From Chrysomallon squamiferum (Eukaryota; Animalia; Mollusca), in assembly GCA_012295275.1 (NCBI GenBank), contig CM022677.1, positions 27,652,001 through 27,716,000 of the forward strand: DNA of 64,000 nt, in the 5' to 3' direction. Below the pieces are notes generated by a model. It saw only the letters and a list, made by a program, of their open reading frames with translations. It ran no database searches and had not been told where the DNA came from. Positions 16,301 through 56,865 of the stretch are shown one piece after another (the first letter of the stretch is position 1; the number at the start of each line of letters is the position of its first letter). The translations under genes were made by a program, and so were the position numbers.

Positions 16301-17677
16301 TTTTAAGAAACTGGAATGAAATTATATATATATATATATATTTTAAAAATGTATTACATTTCTTTCTTTTATTCAATTTTGTTTTCTTATTTTTTTTGAT
16401 TATTTTTATTTTCAGTTATGGTTTTAAAATAAAATTATTTGCAAGAATAAAGATATTTAGGTGGGTTTTTATGTGTTTTTAGATATTATTAAAAATGTTT
16501 CATCTATCTGTCTGTCTGTCTTTCTGTCTGACAATTTCTCTGTCTGTGTAATGTATCTATCTACCTTTCAGACTGAATGTCTGTGTATGTATATATGTAT
16601 ATTTGTATGTGTATGTATATATGTATGTATATATATATATGTATGTATGTATTTGTATGTGTATGTATGTATTTTGTCTGTCTGTATCTATGTATATATG
16701 TATATATATATGTGTATGTATGTATGTGTGTTTTTGTATGTTTTTGTATGTATGTATGTATGTATTATGTATATTTTTGTATGTATGTATGTATGTATGT
16801 ATGTTTGTATGTATGTATGTTTTGTATGCATTTATCCATATGTGAAGATAGAGCCAGAATATCTTTTAATATTTTATCATCTTTCTTTCTTCATTTCTTT
16901 TTCTTTCTTTCTTTCTTTCTTTCTGACTGTCTAAATCTATGTCTGAGCACGTGACCATCCATCCATCCATCCATCCATCTACACGTACAGCACAATAACA
17001 TCGTCCACTTCTTCATGAAAATCATCGAAAGACGAAATAATTTCTCTCCCGGGATCCATTTTTCTCTTGTTCCAAACCAGACGTACAGAAAAGAAAAAAA
17101 AAATTGTTCTAAATTTACGCCACAAACATTTTATTCCTCATTATCATATCATCTGAAAAGTCCAGGAGCATGTTCGCCATTGCAGCTAACAGTATGGCTA
17201 AACTTCTGTCGAGAATTAAGTCTAAATTGCTCATGAATATTCATGACTCGGCAGAGCTATCATTAGTTCAATTAAGTGCCGAAGAAGCACTACTTTTCCA
17301 GGCGTATTAACTCTGAATTATACGGTTGCGCCGAATGCATTAATTTAATCTTCGAAGCCTGCAAAGTTTTATTATTTTTCCTTTCTTTTTTTTTTTTTAT
17401 TTTTTATTTTTATTTTTTTATCTTTTTTCTTTTCGGAAACTAGTCGATAATAGCGGAAGAAGATCTTTTGTAGTGAAGATAATTTTAGTAGACGCGTTTA
17501 GAAAATCTTATTTAAAAAAAAAAAAAAAAAAAAAATGTTGTTGTTGTTGATAGTGATGATGATGGTTATAATTGTGATCAATAATTATGGTGTTAATAAT
17601 GATAATGATGATGGTGATAACTACAACAACCATAGTAAAATAATAATTATCAATAATAATAATAATAATAATAATAA

Positions 17678-17708
<31 letters not shown>

Positions 17709-17824
17709 AAGAAGAAGAAGAAGAAGAAGAAGAAGAAGAAGAAGAAGAAGAAGAAGAAGAAGAAGGAGAAGAAGAAGAAAAAAAGCAAGAAGAAGATCAT
17801 GATGATGATGACAATAATATTAAT

Positions 17825-17860
<36 letters not shown>

Positions 17861-17920
17861 AATAATAAAAAATCCATTGATATTATTCTTTAGTTTCCAT
17901 TTGAAAAATAGAACCGTTTA

Positions 17921-17966
<46 letters not shown>

Positions 17967-17978
17967 AATTAATATATG

Positions 17979-18018
<40 letters not shown>

Positions 18019-18590
18019 GTATATTCTTGTTGTTATTATTATTATTATTATTATTCTTGTTATTATTATTATTATTATTCCCTGAAAGTCTATTATTTTA
18101 TCATATTTTGTCTTCTTATAAAAAACAATACGACGACAAATCATCGTTCTCTCGGAATTCGCACAGTTTGTTTCAACCTGCACCTTTAACTGTTGCCGAA
18201 ACCAGCTGGAGAGGAAGGCGGGACGGATGTGGTGCTACTATTTTATGCATTGGTGCGCAGAATCCATCTCGACTCAAATGACGCGACGAAGGAAAGATTC
18301 AATTGTGACGTGTCAATCCAGCGAGTCGACGCTTTCCAAAGTGTTTGTCTCAAAGTGGCAAAGTTTTCCAGCCCGGTTCATTCTGGCGCCGATTCCAGTT
18401 AAAACGCAATTAGCCGTCGACAGGGGAAAAACGTGTTCTCCATTATCGATTGCTTTTGTCTTTCTCTGTTTTTCCTCTCTCTTATCGATTGGTTTTGTCT
18501 TTCTCGCTGCCCCCCCACCTCCCCCCTTTTCGACTTTGCTTGCCAAATTAGCTCGGCTCGATGGTCAGAAATTCCCCCGGCTTTTGGAGG

Positions 18591-18623
<33 letters not shown>

Positions 18624-19369
18624 CTTTCCAACGATTAGCAACGACAAAAAAAATGGTGTTTGGACGATGCACAACAATCAGCTTGAAGTAGTCATATTTC
18701 AGTTAATATATTTATGCTGCATAATTTATTCAAAATGGCTGCTCAACGTTTATTACTACCAGACGATTTTTAAATTGCATAAAGGGAAAAAGAAGAAGAA
18801 AAAAAAAAAGAATTTGGTAATTTACGTTACGAAGGTTATTAGTTTCTGATTATATATTTTTGTTGGTTTCTTTTCTCTTTTTTTAATGTAGAAAAGGAAA
18901 AAGAACAGTGAAAGACGGTTTAAATTTTTAATTACTCCTGTGATTAAATATTACGTACGTCTGGCGGTTTTCAAGATTCGCAAGCTAACAGCAACGTCAA
19001 CGACGACGTTGCTGTTAACATCACAAACAGACAGAACGATAACCACCATTTATCCACAAAAATAATTAATAAAACAAAACGACCATCATGAAAAATTTCC
19101 CTAAAACACAAAAATCTTAAAACATTCCGATTTCATCATCATTTTCTTTTTTCATTTTAAATCTGAATTTATCACACTGCGGAAGAATCTCAAACGAGAA
19201 AGCAAAGCAACCATTTTTAAAAGACATCAGGAATTACGAAACAACAAATAATCATTTGTTCAGTTTTAAAAAAAAAAACAACACCAACAATATAATAACG
19301 TTCAAGAAAAAAAGACGACAATGATGACGACAAATGATGATGATGATGATGATGATGATGCAAACTTAC

Positions 19370-19423
19370 CGTTTTGATGCGACGTTGTAATGGCCGTCTG
19401 CACACCCCTCGAGCAGACGACAT
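19370..19423 (-). CDS. Candidate first coding exon of an unidentified gene: MSSARGVCRRPLQRRIKT
   Basis: atcaagATGT start context (A at -3), 18 codons, consensus donor ACG|GTAAGT, GTCACGTGAC E-box at 19491-19500 upstream. No downstream exon identified. Confidence 0.4.
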
Positions 19424-19563
19424 CTTGATAGTTTCGGAACGAAAAGGTCAGCTTTTACCAAGACAGGAAAACTGTTCTGTGAATCGTCACGTCACGTGAC
19501 CCGTTCCATGATGTCTTGGAGTGGAATCTTGAAGAGGAAGGGGAGAGAGAGAGAGAGACGCAA

Positions 19564-19643
<80 letters not shown>

Positions 19644-19826
19644 TTCGTTATGAAATTCTAGCAGAACAAAATTAAAATAAATTAAAAGTGATGAATCGTT
19701 AAACTGAGGAACTAAAAAAAAGATAATGATAAAGAAGAAAGAATGAAGAGACAATAGAAAATTTAAATTTAAAAAAAATATGGGATGAATATCAATAAAA
19801 TTAAAATAATATTGATGATATATATA

Positions 19827-19865
<39 letters not shown>

Positions 19866-20003
19866 GACACACATATACATTTATTTATTTATTCATTTTA
19901 TATATATATATACACACACACATTTATTTATTTATTTATATATATATTTATTATATTTATATATTTATTATAATTATTTATTTATTTTACGGATCTTTAT
20001 CTA

Positions 20004-20040
<37 letters not shown>

Positions 20041-20345
20041 TTATTTATACGATAGATAGATAGATATAATAGATAGATAGATAGATAAAGATGAATATAT
20101 ATCTGTTTTTAATTTAAGAAATGGATGTGAGATATAACTTCGGAGGTTTTTCTAAGTAGAAAGATTTATTACAGTCGACATGACTTCCTTTACGTTCATT
20201 ATAAGGATGTTGCTATTTTCTTTTTAAATTATTATTATTATTGTTGCTGTTGTTGTTATTATTATCAGTATCAGCATCATCATCATCACCATCCATGTTA
20301 TTGTTCTTTTTGTTATTTCATTGTTGTTATGTTACTGCTGTTATT

Positions 20346-20410
<65 letters not shown>

Positions 20411-20724
20411 TATTATTATTATTATTATTATTATTATTTTATTATTATTGTTTCTGTTATAGAACGTATTATTGCTGTTGTTTTTATTTTTATTATAATT
20501 ATTAATATTATTATTTTTCTTGTTGTTGTTGTTGTTATTATTGTTGTTGTTGTTGTTGTTCTTATTATTTTAATGTTATATTCTTATTCTTCTTCTTAAT
20601 GTTATTATTGGTGTTACTGTTGTTATTCTTCTTGATGTTATCATTATATTATTTTTCATAGCAAGTACCGGCTTATTTTACCTTTTAGGTAATCATTTTT
20701 GAAATGGGGCTTTTTTCAATTCAG

Positions 20725-20764
<40 letters not shown>

Positions 20765-20832
20765 GCACACATATACTAAAGAAATCAAAATCAAAATTAA
20801 AATAAAAACACAAAAATGGAAAAAGAAGAAGA

Positions 20833-20881
<49 letters not shown>

Positions 20882-20913
20882 GTAATAATAATAATAATAA
20901 TTATTATAATAAT

Positions 20914-20962
<49 letters not shown>

Positions 20963-21041
20963 GTAATACTAATACTACTACTACTACTACTAATAATAAT
21001 AGTAATAGTAATAATAATAATAATAATAGTAATAATAATCA

Positions 21042-21150
<109 letters not shown>

Positions 21151-23164
21151 GCTTCTGCTACTGCTGCCACTACTAAATAAATCAAAAAAACAATTAAAAA
21201 TAAATTATTAAAAAATAAATAAATAAATAAATAAATAAATAAAAGAAAAATAAATAATAAATAAATAAATAAATAAATAAATAAATAGATAAATAAAAAA
21301 AAAAAAAATAATAATAATAAATAAGTAAATAACTAATTAAATAAATAGTAAATAAATAAATAAGTAAATAAATAAATACCTAAATAAATAAGTAAATAAA
21401 TAAATAAGTAAATAAGTAAGTAAATAAATAAGTAAGTAAATAAGTAAATAAATAAATAAATAATAAAGAAAATAAATAGATAAATAGATGAATAATAAAA
21501 TAAATAAATAAATAAACAAACAAACAAACAAACAAACAAAATGAAAATAAAATAAATAAATACATAGTCAAATAAGTAACAGAAATGTTGAACTGACCAC
21601 TTTTTAAAATAATCACATACAACAAAACATGTAAAACAATTAAACTAACTTTCTACATAATTAAACAAGAAATCAAACGAAACAAAATCCAAAACTAAAA
21701 CCAACACTAAAAGTAAGCAAAAGAAAAGCAAAAGAAAACAAAACAACAGAACATTAAATATTCATGAATACAAAAACCTTAACTAACAACATAAATAAAT
21801 AATAATAACAAAACTTTATAAACGCTAAATTTCTAAAAAAAAAAAAAAAAAAAGAACAAACAACTTGAAAAAACAAATTTCAATTATTCTCTTTCATCAT
21901 ACTTGACATTTTTTTCCCGTTCCAAAAATTATTTCACTTCATTGGAAAGCCACCATTTTCAGTCCGTTTCGTTATTTTGAACCAGCAGAAACTGAACAGC
22001 GCCGTTTAAATTTAATCACTTCTGGTCTTGTTGCCAGCGTGTTTATAAATATTTTATTTGAAAATTTCTACAAAATCAGCAAGACTGAAATTAGTTCCGA
22101 AGTCAATTTCCCAAGGCAGTCAGGAAGATGTCAAAAAAGGAAGGAGAAAATAAATAAAAAAAAAAAAAAAAAAAAAAAGAGAGAGAGAGAAAAAAGGAAA
22201 GAAGGAAGAAAAATTACAATATCTAGATTTTTATACATTTTAATTTTTAATTTTTTCTTTATTGCTTTCGTTTTGTTTCGTATCATCCATTCGCTTTTTT
22301 TGTTTTTTTTTGTGCTAAAATATTTTTATTTCTCTTTTATTTATTTATATAACTTTTTATTTTCAGTCTTTATAATGTGTAATGTATGCACATAATGCAT
22401 GTATGTATAAATGTATCTCTATGTGTGTGTGTGTATGTGTGTGTATTTGTTATATGTGTGTATATGTAAGCGTGCAGAAGTAAATGATTTTTCTCATTGA
22501 TCGTATCCGTATGAATAGACACATAGAGAAATTAAATAAAAATGGAATATGTTGAAGTTAATGTTCTTACAAATGATAAACGTGATGATAATGATGATGA
22601 TGTGATAATAATAATATTAAGAATTAAACAACAACAACAACAATAATAATAACAACAACAAAAAAGGCATAACAATTGAAAATAATTATAAAAAAAGAAC
22701 ACACATAAAGAAAACCAACAGCCCCCCGACCAAAATAATAACAAAATAATAACAAAAATAATAACAAAAAAAGTAACAAACAAAGTCACAGATTGATATT
22801 CTGCTGCTGTATTTTCAATTAAGCAAATTAAAACGTTCTCCTTTGTGCTTGCCAGACCGTCCATTTTCCTTCAAAACAATTTTTTTTTGTTCCGGGCAGC
22901 ACCCACGCGCCCTCTTGTAACGAACAGAGTGACGTCCCCTGAGTATTCACACCCCGCCGCGCTTTGTCGGCGAAAGTTCACGAGCGTGGTTTTCGCCTTC
23001 TCGCGTTCGGCTGCTGCTGAATTTTCGGAAATCGATTATAGAAGACGAGATCGGAGGACGCGCGCTCTCTCTCCGCTATCATCCCCCACCTCCCCCCGGT
23101 ATCTCTGGCCCAGCTCGCCAGCAGACGTGACACGATCGATACGCGCTGCTGAAAGAGATGTTCC

Positions 23165-23178
23165 GTTTCCATGGCAAC
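23165..23178. promoter_or_regulatory. RFX X-box motif in a CpG island (about 22845-23270)
   Basis: GTTTCCATGGCAAC, the canonical X-box. Confidence 0.55.
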
Positions 23179-23950
23179 CGGATCGAGGGGGGGAGGAAAA
23201 ATGGCCGGTTGAAGTCCGTTTCAATTGTTCAGTTGCGGTGGGTTTTTTTTTTTTTAGAAGCCACGAGGGAAATGTTTCAAATTTGTTTTGATGCGTAAAG
23301 TTTATTTTGTTTTTCTTTTGTTTTACGTTATTTTTTTTTTATTCGTGTAGGTTATTTTTTTTATATATATTTTTTTTTTTTTTTTTTTTATTTTCTTTAG
23401 TTTTTGTTTTACGTTATTTTTTATTCTGTAGGTTTCTTTTTATTCTTTTTTTATTTTATTTTCTTTAGTATTTGTTGTATTTTCTTTCTGTTTTATTTTA
23501 TTTTATTTTATTTGGTTTCTGTTATGTTTTGTTGTTTTACTTTATTTTATTCGTGTGGTTTCTTTTTCTTTTTCTTTTTGTTTTATTTTGTTTTGTTTAT
23601 GGACTGATTCCAACACATACATCTTTATTCACTTCACATGTTTGTAAACATTTCGACAAATTAATAAACACCCATATTTATTCTGTCTTATGTTATAAAA
23701 ACACATGTCTACATCTATACCTACACATAAGTCATCAAAATCATCAATCTATATGTCTGTTTGTCTGTCCATCTGTCTATATATATATAGATGGATGCAT
23801 AGATACACAGATACATAGATACAGATACAGATAGACATGTAGACAGGTAGGTAAACAGACAAATAGAGAAACAGATACATCGAAAGATAGATATAGATAT
23901 ATATGGAATGACAAATACACACACACACATATATATCTGTATGTGTTTTT

Positions 23951-23999
<49 letters not shown>

Positions 24000-24273
24000 A
24001 CAACACAGACATCCAAATTATTATTACATGTATACAAATACAATTCATCCCCACACACTCACACACACAGAGAGACCCAAACACAGACAGACAAACAGAC
24101 AGACACACACACACACACACACACACACGTTTCCCACACTCAAACATCGACAAACTCATTCCCAGAAACACAACCAGCAGATAGACACACAGACAGACAA
24201 AATGTTAACTTCTTTCAAAATCGATCTTTTCTTTACGAAATGTTGTCTTTTTAACTTTTCTTTATTTCGTTTC

Positions 24274-24314
<41 letters not shown>

Positions 24315-25281
24315 CTGTTTTTCTTCAAACTTCTTCTCTCCGTATCTTTCTCGTCTGTTTTTCTTAAAGAAATCCTCTCTGTCGAATCAAATTTGAAAGA
24401 CTCTCAGTCCAGCACAGCGAAACATTCGCGGTTAATATTTTTCCCAAACACCGGTACATTATCTTGACGTCTGCCCTGTTATCATTATCAATAAAAATGG
24501 CGCGCTAATTTGAGGCGATCTGCCAAAAACGGTGTCGCCATCTTCGATCGCGAAAAACGAAGACCAGAGATTTATTTCTTGAGAAAACAATGAGCTGTTT
24601 GAAAGCAGAGTGTCTTGTTAATGTTTTCTGTCCTCTCTCTCTCTCTTGGATGGCCCACGGCGTGTTAGTACGCTCGATCGATCCTTGTTAGTGACAAAAC
24701 TCGTTGTTATTGTTGTACTTACTGTTTCTGTATTGTTGTTGTTGTTATTATTGGTGATGTTGTTACTATTGTTGGTAACGTTCATTATTATTATTATTGC
24801 TGTTGTTGTTGTTGTTGTTTTAAATTATTATTATTGTTGTTGATGTTGTTGTTCCTGTTATTATTATTATTATTATGATTGTTATTATTATTATGTCATC
24901 TTTCTGTTCTTTTATCACTACTGCTGTTATTTAGTCTCCATGTTTATTATTATTATTACTGCTATTACTAATGCTGTTAATACTAATATTAACGTTTGTT
25001 TTTTAGTAAGACACAACAGAATAAATATGGTAAATAAAAGACTTCATCTATAAAAAATATTCTGAGATATTCTGTCGTCATGTTCTGTATTTCTCAACAA
25101 ACCCTCTCACACATTTGGCCTTCTCTGACACGCAATGCGTACTTAGAACCTTCCCCTTAGGTTTTCTTCACGTCTTGGGTCAACAAAAGAGGCATTTTGG
25201 CCGGTTACCCACCAGAAAATCTCTCATATCTTATTTATCTAAAATTAGTTTATCTAAAATTAGTGTTGAGATCGTAGTAAA

Positions 25282-25314
<33 letters not shown>

Positions 25315-25898
25315 CATCATCATCATCATCATCATCATAATCATAATAATAAATTTAATGAAAAAGGAGAAACGATTTTTTTTTTGAGATATTGTCAGCT
25401 AAGCATTCAAGAGTTTTCTCCCTTGCACCATTAAGACTAATTATGCGTATAAATTAATTTGAACTACTTAACTACTGAATTACTGAAATAGTTAATTGAT
25501 TAATGTATAATATGGATGTATGTTAGTGTTAACTGTTAATAGAGGATTAAAAATATTGTAATAATAGTATTAGTAATAGTAGTAGCAGCAGTAATAGTAG
25601 TAGTAACAATAATAATAATAACAATAAGATGATAATAATAAACAACAAATGATAAGTAACAATAATAATAATAACAATAACAATGACGATAATGCTGATG
25701 ATGATAATAATAAACAACAAATGAGATCGAGTTTCTGACCATGAAAGTTCAACTTGTTAAACGAAAAAAGAAATTCTAAAAATTAACCACATTCCTATGC
25801 CCAGGAAAGCGTGTACAATGAAACCATTCGCAAGGTTGTATGACGTCAAAACATTGTATGACGTCATAGAGAGAGAGAGGCTCGTTGTGGAAGGTAAG

Positions 25899-25930
<32 letters not shown>

Positions 25931-26156
25931 TATTTGCTTAGTTGAAAAAGTAATGTGTTCTCAAATGCTTGTCTTAATCACAATTTTAACATCGTCATTA
26001 TCATCCTTTTCATCATCATCATCATCATCTTTGTTATTGTTGTTTTTAACTAACTAACTAACTAACTAAATAAATAAATTAATAATAATAATAATAATAA
26101 CAACAATAATAGTAATCATAACAATAAAAATAACAATAATAAATATAATAATGAAC

Positions 26157-26212
<56 letters not shown>

Positions 26213-26715
26213 TAACAATAATAATAATAACAATAATAACAATAATAATAATGAACAATAATTCACCAGTCACGGTAGAGGTAAACATTTATTAAGATAA
26301 GAAAATTTAAAACAATAGAAATATGTCTCTCGATCAAAAAACGTCCTCGGCTCGAACAAAGAGGTCAGAGAAGATCTTGATTGGCTGGCGCCCACATCCG
26401 GGCACCTGAGTTCAGTCACGTGGGTGTCATCAGGTCTGGTTCTTCTTCAACCAATCAGCGATCTTGCTGTAGTGTGTTTTCATCCACTTTATGTTCGATC
26501 TGTTAACGAAGATAATGAAGAACCAATCAATGAATGTAGGGACAATTTTATTTTTTTTTTTTTTTTTTTTTTTATTATTTTTTTTTTTTATTTTTTTTTT
26601 TACTGAATATGTAATATTAGGTAATATTATATAGTATTTTGTTTGGTTAGTAATTGTTATATTCTCTTTGTAGATATAATGTGTTATAAAGAAATATGTG
26701 TTGTTGTTGTTGTTG

Positions 26716-26758
<43 letters not shown>

Positions 26759-27095
26759 CACACGATTAAACAAACATCATCCATCATCCTTCATCCAGGT
26801 TCACCACAATAACAAAAAATATTTTTTTTGAATTTTTTTTTTTATCAAAACTGATCATAAACATTAAAAGACAAAATCATTTCTCGTTGCGTATAACTTA
26901 AACCTTTACACAGAAACTGCATCCACGTGACACGTCAGAGGAACAGCGAGCCACTAGCAGGAACGGGAAATCATTATCCTCTTTAGCCACAAAGCAGATT
27001 ATTAGATTTAAAAAAAAAATATTATTATTTTGTTTTTATTCTTATTAGTTTTTATTATTAGTTTTTTTTTTTAGTGTGTCTTTATCTAACATCTG

Positions 27096-27744
27096 AAACA
27101 GGGAATATGCTCTGCTGAGTGTGTTAAGTGAACTGAAATTGCTCTAACAGTTTGCTTACCTCGTCATTTAAACAGGGAATATGCTCTGCTGAGTGTGTTT
27201 TGAACTGAAATTCTCTAACAGTTTGCTTACCTCGTCATTTAAACAGGGAATATGCTCTGCTGAGTGTGTTAAGTGAACTGAAATTGCTCTAACAGTTTGC
27301 TTACCTCGTCATTTAAACAGGGAATATGCTCTGCTGAGTGTGTTAAGTGAACTGAAATTGCTCTAACAGTTTGCTTACCTCGTCATTTAAACAGGGAATA
27401 TGCTCTGCTGAGTGTGTTAAGTGAACTGAAATTGCTCTAACAGTTTGCTTACCTCGTCATTTAAACAGGGAATATGCTCTGCTGAGTGTGTTAAGTGAAC
27501 TGAAATTGCTCTAACAGTTTGCTTACCTCGTCATTTAAACAGGGAATATGCTCTGTTGAGTGTGTTAAGTGAACTGAAATTGCTCTAACAGTTTACTTAC
27601 CTCGTCATTTAAACAGGGAATATGCCCTGCTGAATGTGTTAAGTGAACTGAAATTGCTCTAACAGTTTGCTTACCTCGTCATTTAAACAGGGAATATGCT
27701 CTGCTGAGTGTGTTAAGTGAACTGAAATTGCTCTAACAGTTTGC

Positions 27745-27755
<11 letters not shown>
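27096..27755. repeat. 74-bp tandem array, 9 copies, overlapping the aminopeptidase 3' end
   Basis: Unit aaacagggaatatgctctgctgagtgtgttaagtgaactgaaattgctctaacagtttgcttacctcgtcattt starts at 27096, 27170, 27241, 27315, 27389, 27463, 27537, 27611, 27685; near-identical copies. Confidence 0.97.
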
Positions 27756-52640
<24,885 letters not shown>

Positions 52641-53241
52641 CTGTAAATAAATAAATAAAAAAATAAAAAAATAAATAAGTACATAAATAAATAAACAAGT
52701 AAATAAAAAAATAAAATAATAAATAAATAAACAAACAAGTAAATAAATAAATAAACAAATAAATAAATAAATAAATAAATCAACAAATAAGTAAGTAAAT
52801 AAATAAGTAATAAATAAGCAAGTAAATAAATAAATAAATAAATAAGTAAATAAATAAATAATAAATAAATAAATAAATTTATAAATAGATAAATAAATAA
52901 ATAAATTAATAAATAAACAGATAAATAAATAAAAATAAAAAATAAATGAAGAAAGAAAAACAGAAACGAACGAATGAATGAATAAGTAAACAACTAAATG
53001 AATGAACGAATGACACAGGAAATAATAAAGAAACCAAAGAATAAATGAATGAATGAATGAATGAATGAATGAATAACTAAATAAATACATAAATAAATAA
53101 ATAAGTAAATACACGAAAAGAAATAAATGAGTGAATTAATGAATAAAGTTAAGAATGGATGAATAAATAAATAAAATAAATAATGAATGATGAATAAATG
53201 AATAAATAGATAAATAAACAAAACACAAATAAATAAATAGA

Positions 53242-53292
<51 letters not shown>

Positions 53293-53430
53293 AGAAGATA
53301 TTAGACTAACAGATAGTTGAATGAATACTTTATTATTTTTGACATACTCACACACAACAAACATTTTATGTAATTTCTCTACCTGGATATTTCATTTTTC
53401 ATCAAATTCATATCTTTCTTGAAGTTTCAT

Positions 53431-53474
<44 letters not shown>

Positions 53475-53844
53475 ATCATCCTGCCGGTTTGATTTGTAGC
53501 AGCGTTTTCAATATCAGAAACTGTGACTGACAAATAATTACTGTGTTCTTTAATCCTTGAAGAAACATGTATTAGTTAATAACGTGATTGATTCATTTTT
53601 TTAAAATTATTATTTACGTTGAATTTTCTCTTACTTGTCGTTTTTCTATCAGTCCCTAACTCATTCTCTTTCTCGCTCTCTTTCTTTCTTTCTCTCTCAC
53701 CTTCTTCCTCCAGTTATCTCTCTCTCACTCCCTTTCGATCTATGATTCTATCTTTGTCTCTCCTTCCAATTCCCTTTATTTATGTCTGTTTATCTTTCTG
53801 TCTATCAATCTCTCTATCTCTCTCTCCCTCCCTCCCTCTCCCTC

Positions 53845-53940
<96 letters not shown>

Positions 53941-54903
53941 CCTCCCGATAATTTCACTTTAATAACTTATATCTCCTCTGTCAGACTAATAACCTCCTGT
54001 TTCAAAAAAACAGTCAAATATTCTTCTCCCCCCCCCCAAACAACCAGTTACCTTAATGCACCAAGCTACACTAACTCGCTTGCCAAACCGAGTATAATGT
54101 TTTCCTTTGTTGTTGCTTTTTTAATTTCATATTCATGCAACAGATGGTATACGTAAGGCCAAATTACAACTGCATAATAATTTATCTTCAATTATATCTG
54201 ACACACACAGATGAACAGACACGTAAATCGTTTGATAGAACATAATGACTAGCATAACACGTATTTTATATAACACGTATCTGTGTATAAGTTTCGTTTG
54301 ATTTTGAAATAATTATTTGACCTTCAGTTAAAAAAACGAAAAAAAAAACAACAACAACAACTCAGTAGTATGTAGATATATATTTACAAACATTAACAAC
54401 AACTACTACTGATACAGCTACTGTGACTGCATCCACAACATCCACAACATATATATTTTATTTAACCTATGTTTCGTTTGATGTCGACATAATTATTTGA
54501 ACTTCAAAATACAGAAGTAACGTATACAAACATTGACCAGCGCTACTACTACTACTTCTACTACCGCGACTATATCTGCAACGACAACAACAACTACTGC
54601 CATTTATACACATATATATATATATTGTTGTACAGCACCTATTACAGAAAATATTAATTCTATATCAGCAACGACATCTTCTAATACTACGGCCAGGACA
54701 ACAACAGCTACTACGGCTATCTCTACTGTTACTACCACCACTACTACTTGTACACTTTCTACAACGTCAACAGAAACAATAAAAACAACTACAACTGCTT
54801 CTATTTATAATATTACTAATACTACTTCTACCACCTCTACTGTTACTAGTATTACTGTCACTATTAGTACTACTGCATTTACTACTACTATTATTATTAT
54901 AGT

Positions 54904-54957
<54 letters not shown>

Positions 54958-56726
54958 CGCTGCACTTACTATTATCTGTACAGCTATTACTAGTACTACA
55001 AGGACTACTACTACTATAATTACTACTACTACTAAATTACTATTATTTGTATCACTACTATTACTGCTACTGATAGTCATACTACTACTACTGCAACAAC
55101 AACTACTACTACCACTACATCACCTGTTACTACTACTTCTAGTCTTACTTCTACAGCTACAACTACTACTGCAACTACCGTTACTACTGCAGTTACTATT
55201 ATTACTACTACTTCTACTGTTACTACTATAATTACAACAATAACAACAACAACTACTATAAGTATAAAAACTATTACTCTGCAAAACCATTTCTTCAGTT
55301 TCTTTCACACATTTCAACAAAACGTATCACTTTTTCTTTCTTTTTTTTTTGTTTCCAGTAAACTCGGTCTCGTTGCCTGGAACGGGCAAAACAGAATTGG
55401 CAGATGCTCTGATCCCATACATCCATCCATCCATCAGGTGCATTTCTCACATATTTTTAAAACAGTAACTTTCTGTTAATGATTGTTTACGAGCAGAAAA
55501 AAAAAAAAACTAATCAAGTGATTATTGTTTCCAAGATAAACAGGCACTCAGGTGTCAATGATTTTGTCATTACCATCTTGTTTTTCTTTTTTCTTTCTTT
55601 GTTTTTTTCTAGGCCTAACATTTTTCTTGTTTTGTTTTTCATCACCTGGCTAATGGAATAGGTGTGAGAATGAGAGTAGTTTTAAAGTTTAAGTTGGTTA
55701 GAGATAATGTTAGTGTTTCTTCTTTTTCTTTCTTTTTTTTAAATTCTTTTTGTGTTGTTGTTGTTTATTGTTGTAGTTTAGAGAAAAGGAACTGAGAAGA
55801 TGATCAGAAAAGAAAACGGAGAAAATATAGAACATGAGTAAAAGATAGAGAGAAGGAAAATAGAATGAATGAAAGAAGAAAAGTATGTTTTGAGAGAGAC
55901 AGAGCGATAGATACAGAGATAGATAGAGATATCGGTAGATAGATAGATATATATATATAGATATAGAGAGAGAGATAGAGAGATAGATAGATTAGATAGA
56001 CAGATAGAGAGATACAGAGAGATATACAGAGAGACAGATATACAGAGACAGAGAGAGAGAGAGGCTTTTATATATATTTTGTTTCTATATGATTGTCTAC
56101 AGGATCACGAAACATATATACATCTTTCCGACTGTGGATAAAATAAAATAAAATAAAATAAAATAAAATAAAATAAAAAAATAAATAAAAAATAAATAAA
56201 TAAATACTTACTAACGCGGCTAACGAGAAATTCTGACAACAAACTTTTGATAGAACAATGTAATAATAACGTTACGTCGTTCAGCACAGCTATGACGTCA
56301 AACGTTTATTACGTCATAATAATATTTACAACACTTCGGCTGGTTTCGGAAAATAACGTATACCAACAAACTTTTTTTTTTTTTTTCATTTCGGGTCATG
56401 ACCGTTTAGTAATAACATCAGAATAAAGAAAGCATTCTGCAGTCTCCCCCCCCCACCTCCCATTCTATCACCCTTTCCACGTGCAATCCGTTCCATGGTT
56501 AGATGAAAATGTAATTAATTAATATATAAAAATCTAAATCAGGAAGGAAGAGGCTTATATTTTATTAATATTGTTGTTGTTATGTTGTGGTAGTGTTAAC
56601 TATTATTAAAATTTCAGCCTTTGCTGTTAGATCGTTCGTCTTTATAGAGGAATATAAATATGCATACAGACAGATAAAGTATTAGATGTTATATTGAGAG
56701 AGACAAGCAGAGGGACAGAGAAAGTT

Positions 56727-56865
<139 letters not shown>

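Noticed and set aside
22845-23291. 148-aa ORF across the CpG island
   Set aside because: Low-information Arg/Ser/Pro-rich frame with a non-ATG start; no splice support.
54051-54169. AG...AG|GTAACT bounded segment as the missing upstream aminopeptidase exon
   Set aside because: The required frame contains a TAG and there is no M1-like sequence.
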